A DNA stretch of 64,000 nt from Microthyrium microscopicum. Its lineage: Eukaryota. A model generated the notes under the pieces. That model ran no database searches. It saw only the letters and a list, made by a program, of their open reading frames with translations, and was not told the origin of the DNA. The stretch spans positions 620,001 to 684,000 of the forward strand of contig MU004239.1 of assembly GCA_010405405.1 (NCBI GenBank), in the 5' to 3' direction. Shown in pieces: positions 61,254 to 64,000 of the stretch (its first letter is position 1; each line of letters begins with the position of its first letter). Made by a program: the position numbers and the translations under genes.

Positions 61254-64000
61254 GTCGAATGATGTCTGTGTTTGCGATAAGGGGTTGAAGAATTGAGGTG
61301 AGTCGTGTTTATGAAAGGCGTTTTTGTGTGGCAGAGATTTCTATCCATAACAGATGTCTCTCTTTATATAGCCACATAGCAGCCACTTAAAGTAGGTATT
61401 CGTCATGCTGAGAGCTTGGCAACTTTCTGGTCTAATTAAGACTACCATGAAAATACCTATTCTTGGAGGGAGTAGTCCGATCACTCGTAGTACAGAGGGC
61501 CAAAACTCAGGAACTCGCCACCAATCTAGAGCATATTGATTGACCTGCGCTGGTCAGCCTCAGTTGAGATATTACTATCTTTTTCACACATGACAGTAAC
61601 TACTTATGTTTCAGACAGCGAACACTCCTTCATAGAGGTAAAGTATAGCATGAGCACCACGAAAATATTGAGCGTTCTTTCGAGGCGCGCTTGCTTTCGA
61701 AAGTCGAATTTATTGGACGGCCCGAATTCAAAGAGTTCAAAGCTTCTGATGGTGATGCCAATGGTAGTATGTCGTTGCCATTGGTTTCCAGACCAAGCTT
61801 TAAAATAAGCCTTGAGATTATATATGAATTGGCCAAGGCACTGGAAAGTGGATGGCTTAGAAGCAGAAGATTTACGTAGTCTTAGGCACAGTAAGGGCAA
61901 ATTTCTCATAGCTGTGAAAAAGGTCACCTCGCCTGTAGTTCTACTTCAGTTGATAGGGTTCGTGCTGTCGGCCCCTGGCCTATATTATCTCCTTGCGGTA
62001 TCCTCGTAACTTAGATTATGCTAAACTCAAGATGTTGGGGCGGAATGAAAGTCCCGGAAACTCTTCGTTCTGTCTATTCTTGCCGAAGTCAAACATTATC
62101 AAACATTCTCCCTTACAACATCATTAATCCTCAGTCTCATTGTGATCAAAAAACAACATCCAACATTGTACTATCTTCCTCAGTCGGGTCCAATTCAGCC
62201 TTGTAGAGTGATCCGTGGTCTTGTCGTCAACGTGGAAGCTGTGGAACGGCTCCCAACACTGGCGCGTGGTTCTGATTTCTTGTGAATTTGTCTGGCGCAC
62301 TCGTAATTGAGATCTTTGACATCCTTCCTATGCTTGAGCTCAACGCGAGGTTGGCATTCAGGCACCGCTACAAGCCTGTTTTCACTATGGCCAACGTTCA
62401 GGGTTTTTTTTTATAGAGGACTCTACGCAGTATCTTTCAGTCACTGGGCGAGACATAATTGGTTTCTGAAGATCTCAGGCGTCATGGGTCGTAGGTTGCT
62501 AGCAATACGCTTTCCAAACATACGGCCCGTGTGGTAGATGGACTTTCAGTCACGTTTGCGATCTTGGAGTGGGTAGAAAGCAAGCATGTAATGAAGTCAT
62601 GGATTTGTTCCATCACTCCCATGACAATGCCTGTTCTTCTCTCGTCAAAATATGTCGATCCGCGCCGCGCGGTACTCAAGAATCCACATGATAGGACTGA
62701 AACAGAATGAAGTATTTCACTCGCGGGCCTAGAGTTGAGACAGAGTCGCGGCAGTAGTTCCGATGGACAGCTTCATAATGTTTTTGGGAGGATGGTCGCG
62801 GAAACGATTTGGATGGTTGTATGAGACACGTCCGATTGGGAGAATGTCAGCAGCGGTACTCCACGACGGGGAATTTTGACTTTTCGACTAGACGTAATGT
62901 AGGAAATTTGTTCTTGACCTTCAAAGGGCTTGCTACGATGTGCTGTGGATTCCGATCGCAAACAGGTCGAGCTCTTGGCTTACGACTATTAGAGCGCTGT
63001 ACTTCGAGTACACTACAATAGGAGGATTCGACCCGTCTTTGGAAAGATTTTGAAATATATCAGGCAACTGGTTGGCCAAAGCTCTTCGGTTGCCTGCTTC
63101 TGTGCAGTTGGATTTGGAGACGGTGAGACTTTCAACCGGACGACTGAGAACAAACATTCACGCAGCCATTGTGAGCATCTGCCGGAGGCTAACAGAAGAG
63201 ATGGAGGACTGGACTTCGAACTGAGGGTAACTTAAATCTCCTAGATCTGACTGAGTTTACTTGATCTATTAGGGCCTATGGAATGGTTTGATTTAAGGTT
63301 GGTCGGTGTGGATGGCGGATCTGCGCATGCGTTTCCGCGAGACACTAGAGCGCCAACGCTGCAAGGCAGATTGAAGCAATGGATTTGGAGAGCCGCGTAG
63401 TAAGTTCTTATCATGAGACTTGTTCGTTATTTGTGGGTCCGGTCGTTACCTTGAAAGAGATAGTTCAGGAGTCGCAACCTATGGCAATTGCAGAAGGAGT
63501 GATTTATACCAGGTGAACAAGGTTTAAAGACCAGGTTATCGTTTTGGACATCTGGAGCAGCAGCCAGTTCGAGGTTTGGAGAACAGTTCATGATAATACC
63601 CACTAGCAATGCATGAACATGCACCTGAGCCTCATCGACGCCCTTCCCGTCGATTCTGTAGTTCGGTTTGCTACAGATGGGCCAACAGCAGAGCAAATGT
63701 CCTTTCTCGCCCTTCCACGCACACAGCCAGCCTTCCAAAATTCAAATTGCTCTTCTTATTCAAAATACCTGCGATCCGGTGGTTCAAGAATATTGAAAAG
63801 TTGATGCTTCTTTGTTTTTGTGGATGTCCAGCTGTCAGCTTTCGTATCTCATTGTTCTTTAAACCCAATTGCCTCTTGTAAGTCGGTGACCTCTTGTATG
63901 TAGCCCGATTTCTTTGGTACCAACCGCTCATGTAGGAAGGCATTTCGACTCAACCTCACAGCACCACTGACTCTCTGTCGCACCAGATCTGGTTGCATAC

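Noticed and set aside
61536..64000. Fragmentary ORFs at the right end
   Set aside because: All frames are interrupted by stops and no family is recognised. This could be a decayed gene, but I cannot support it.

Overview
Filamentous ascomycete (Pezizomycotina) genomic DNA, judged from short GT-AG introns with CTAAC-type branch points and a RIP-scarred repeat block. From the left: the 3' end of a PalF/Rim8-like arrestin, a Cip1 gene, and a minus-strand tandem array of RNase H-fold genes (2.4-6.8 kb). The array has two standalone genes with intact catalytic residues and, once a 155-nt intron is recognised, a ~595-aa protein. That protein joins a catalytically intact domain lacking the substrate-binding protrusion to a catalytically dead domain that retains it, through an acidic linker with 13 EKINVP-type repeats. 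The array lies ~0.7 kb from a ~9-kb RIP-degraded element bounded by ~97-bp inverted repeats, which holds an IS630-Tc1 transposase relic and further unexplained ORF relics. A hydrophobin-like gene follows. The rest is mostly ordinary: thioredoxin-like protein, ABCC transporter, FAD/folate mitochondrial carrier, purine nucleoside phosphorylase, RTA1 / Zn2Cys6 / RTA1 trio, a MITE, DUF1996, CAF1/POP2, M24 peptidase, NIF3-like small protein, Ca2+/H+ exchanger, FSH1 hydrolase, RdRP, and a His/Cys-rich secreted peptide. All calls come from reading the sequence by eye. No searches were run, and splice models are predictions.
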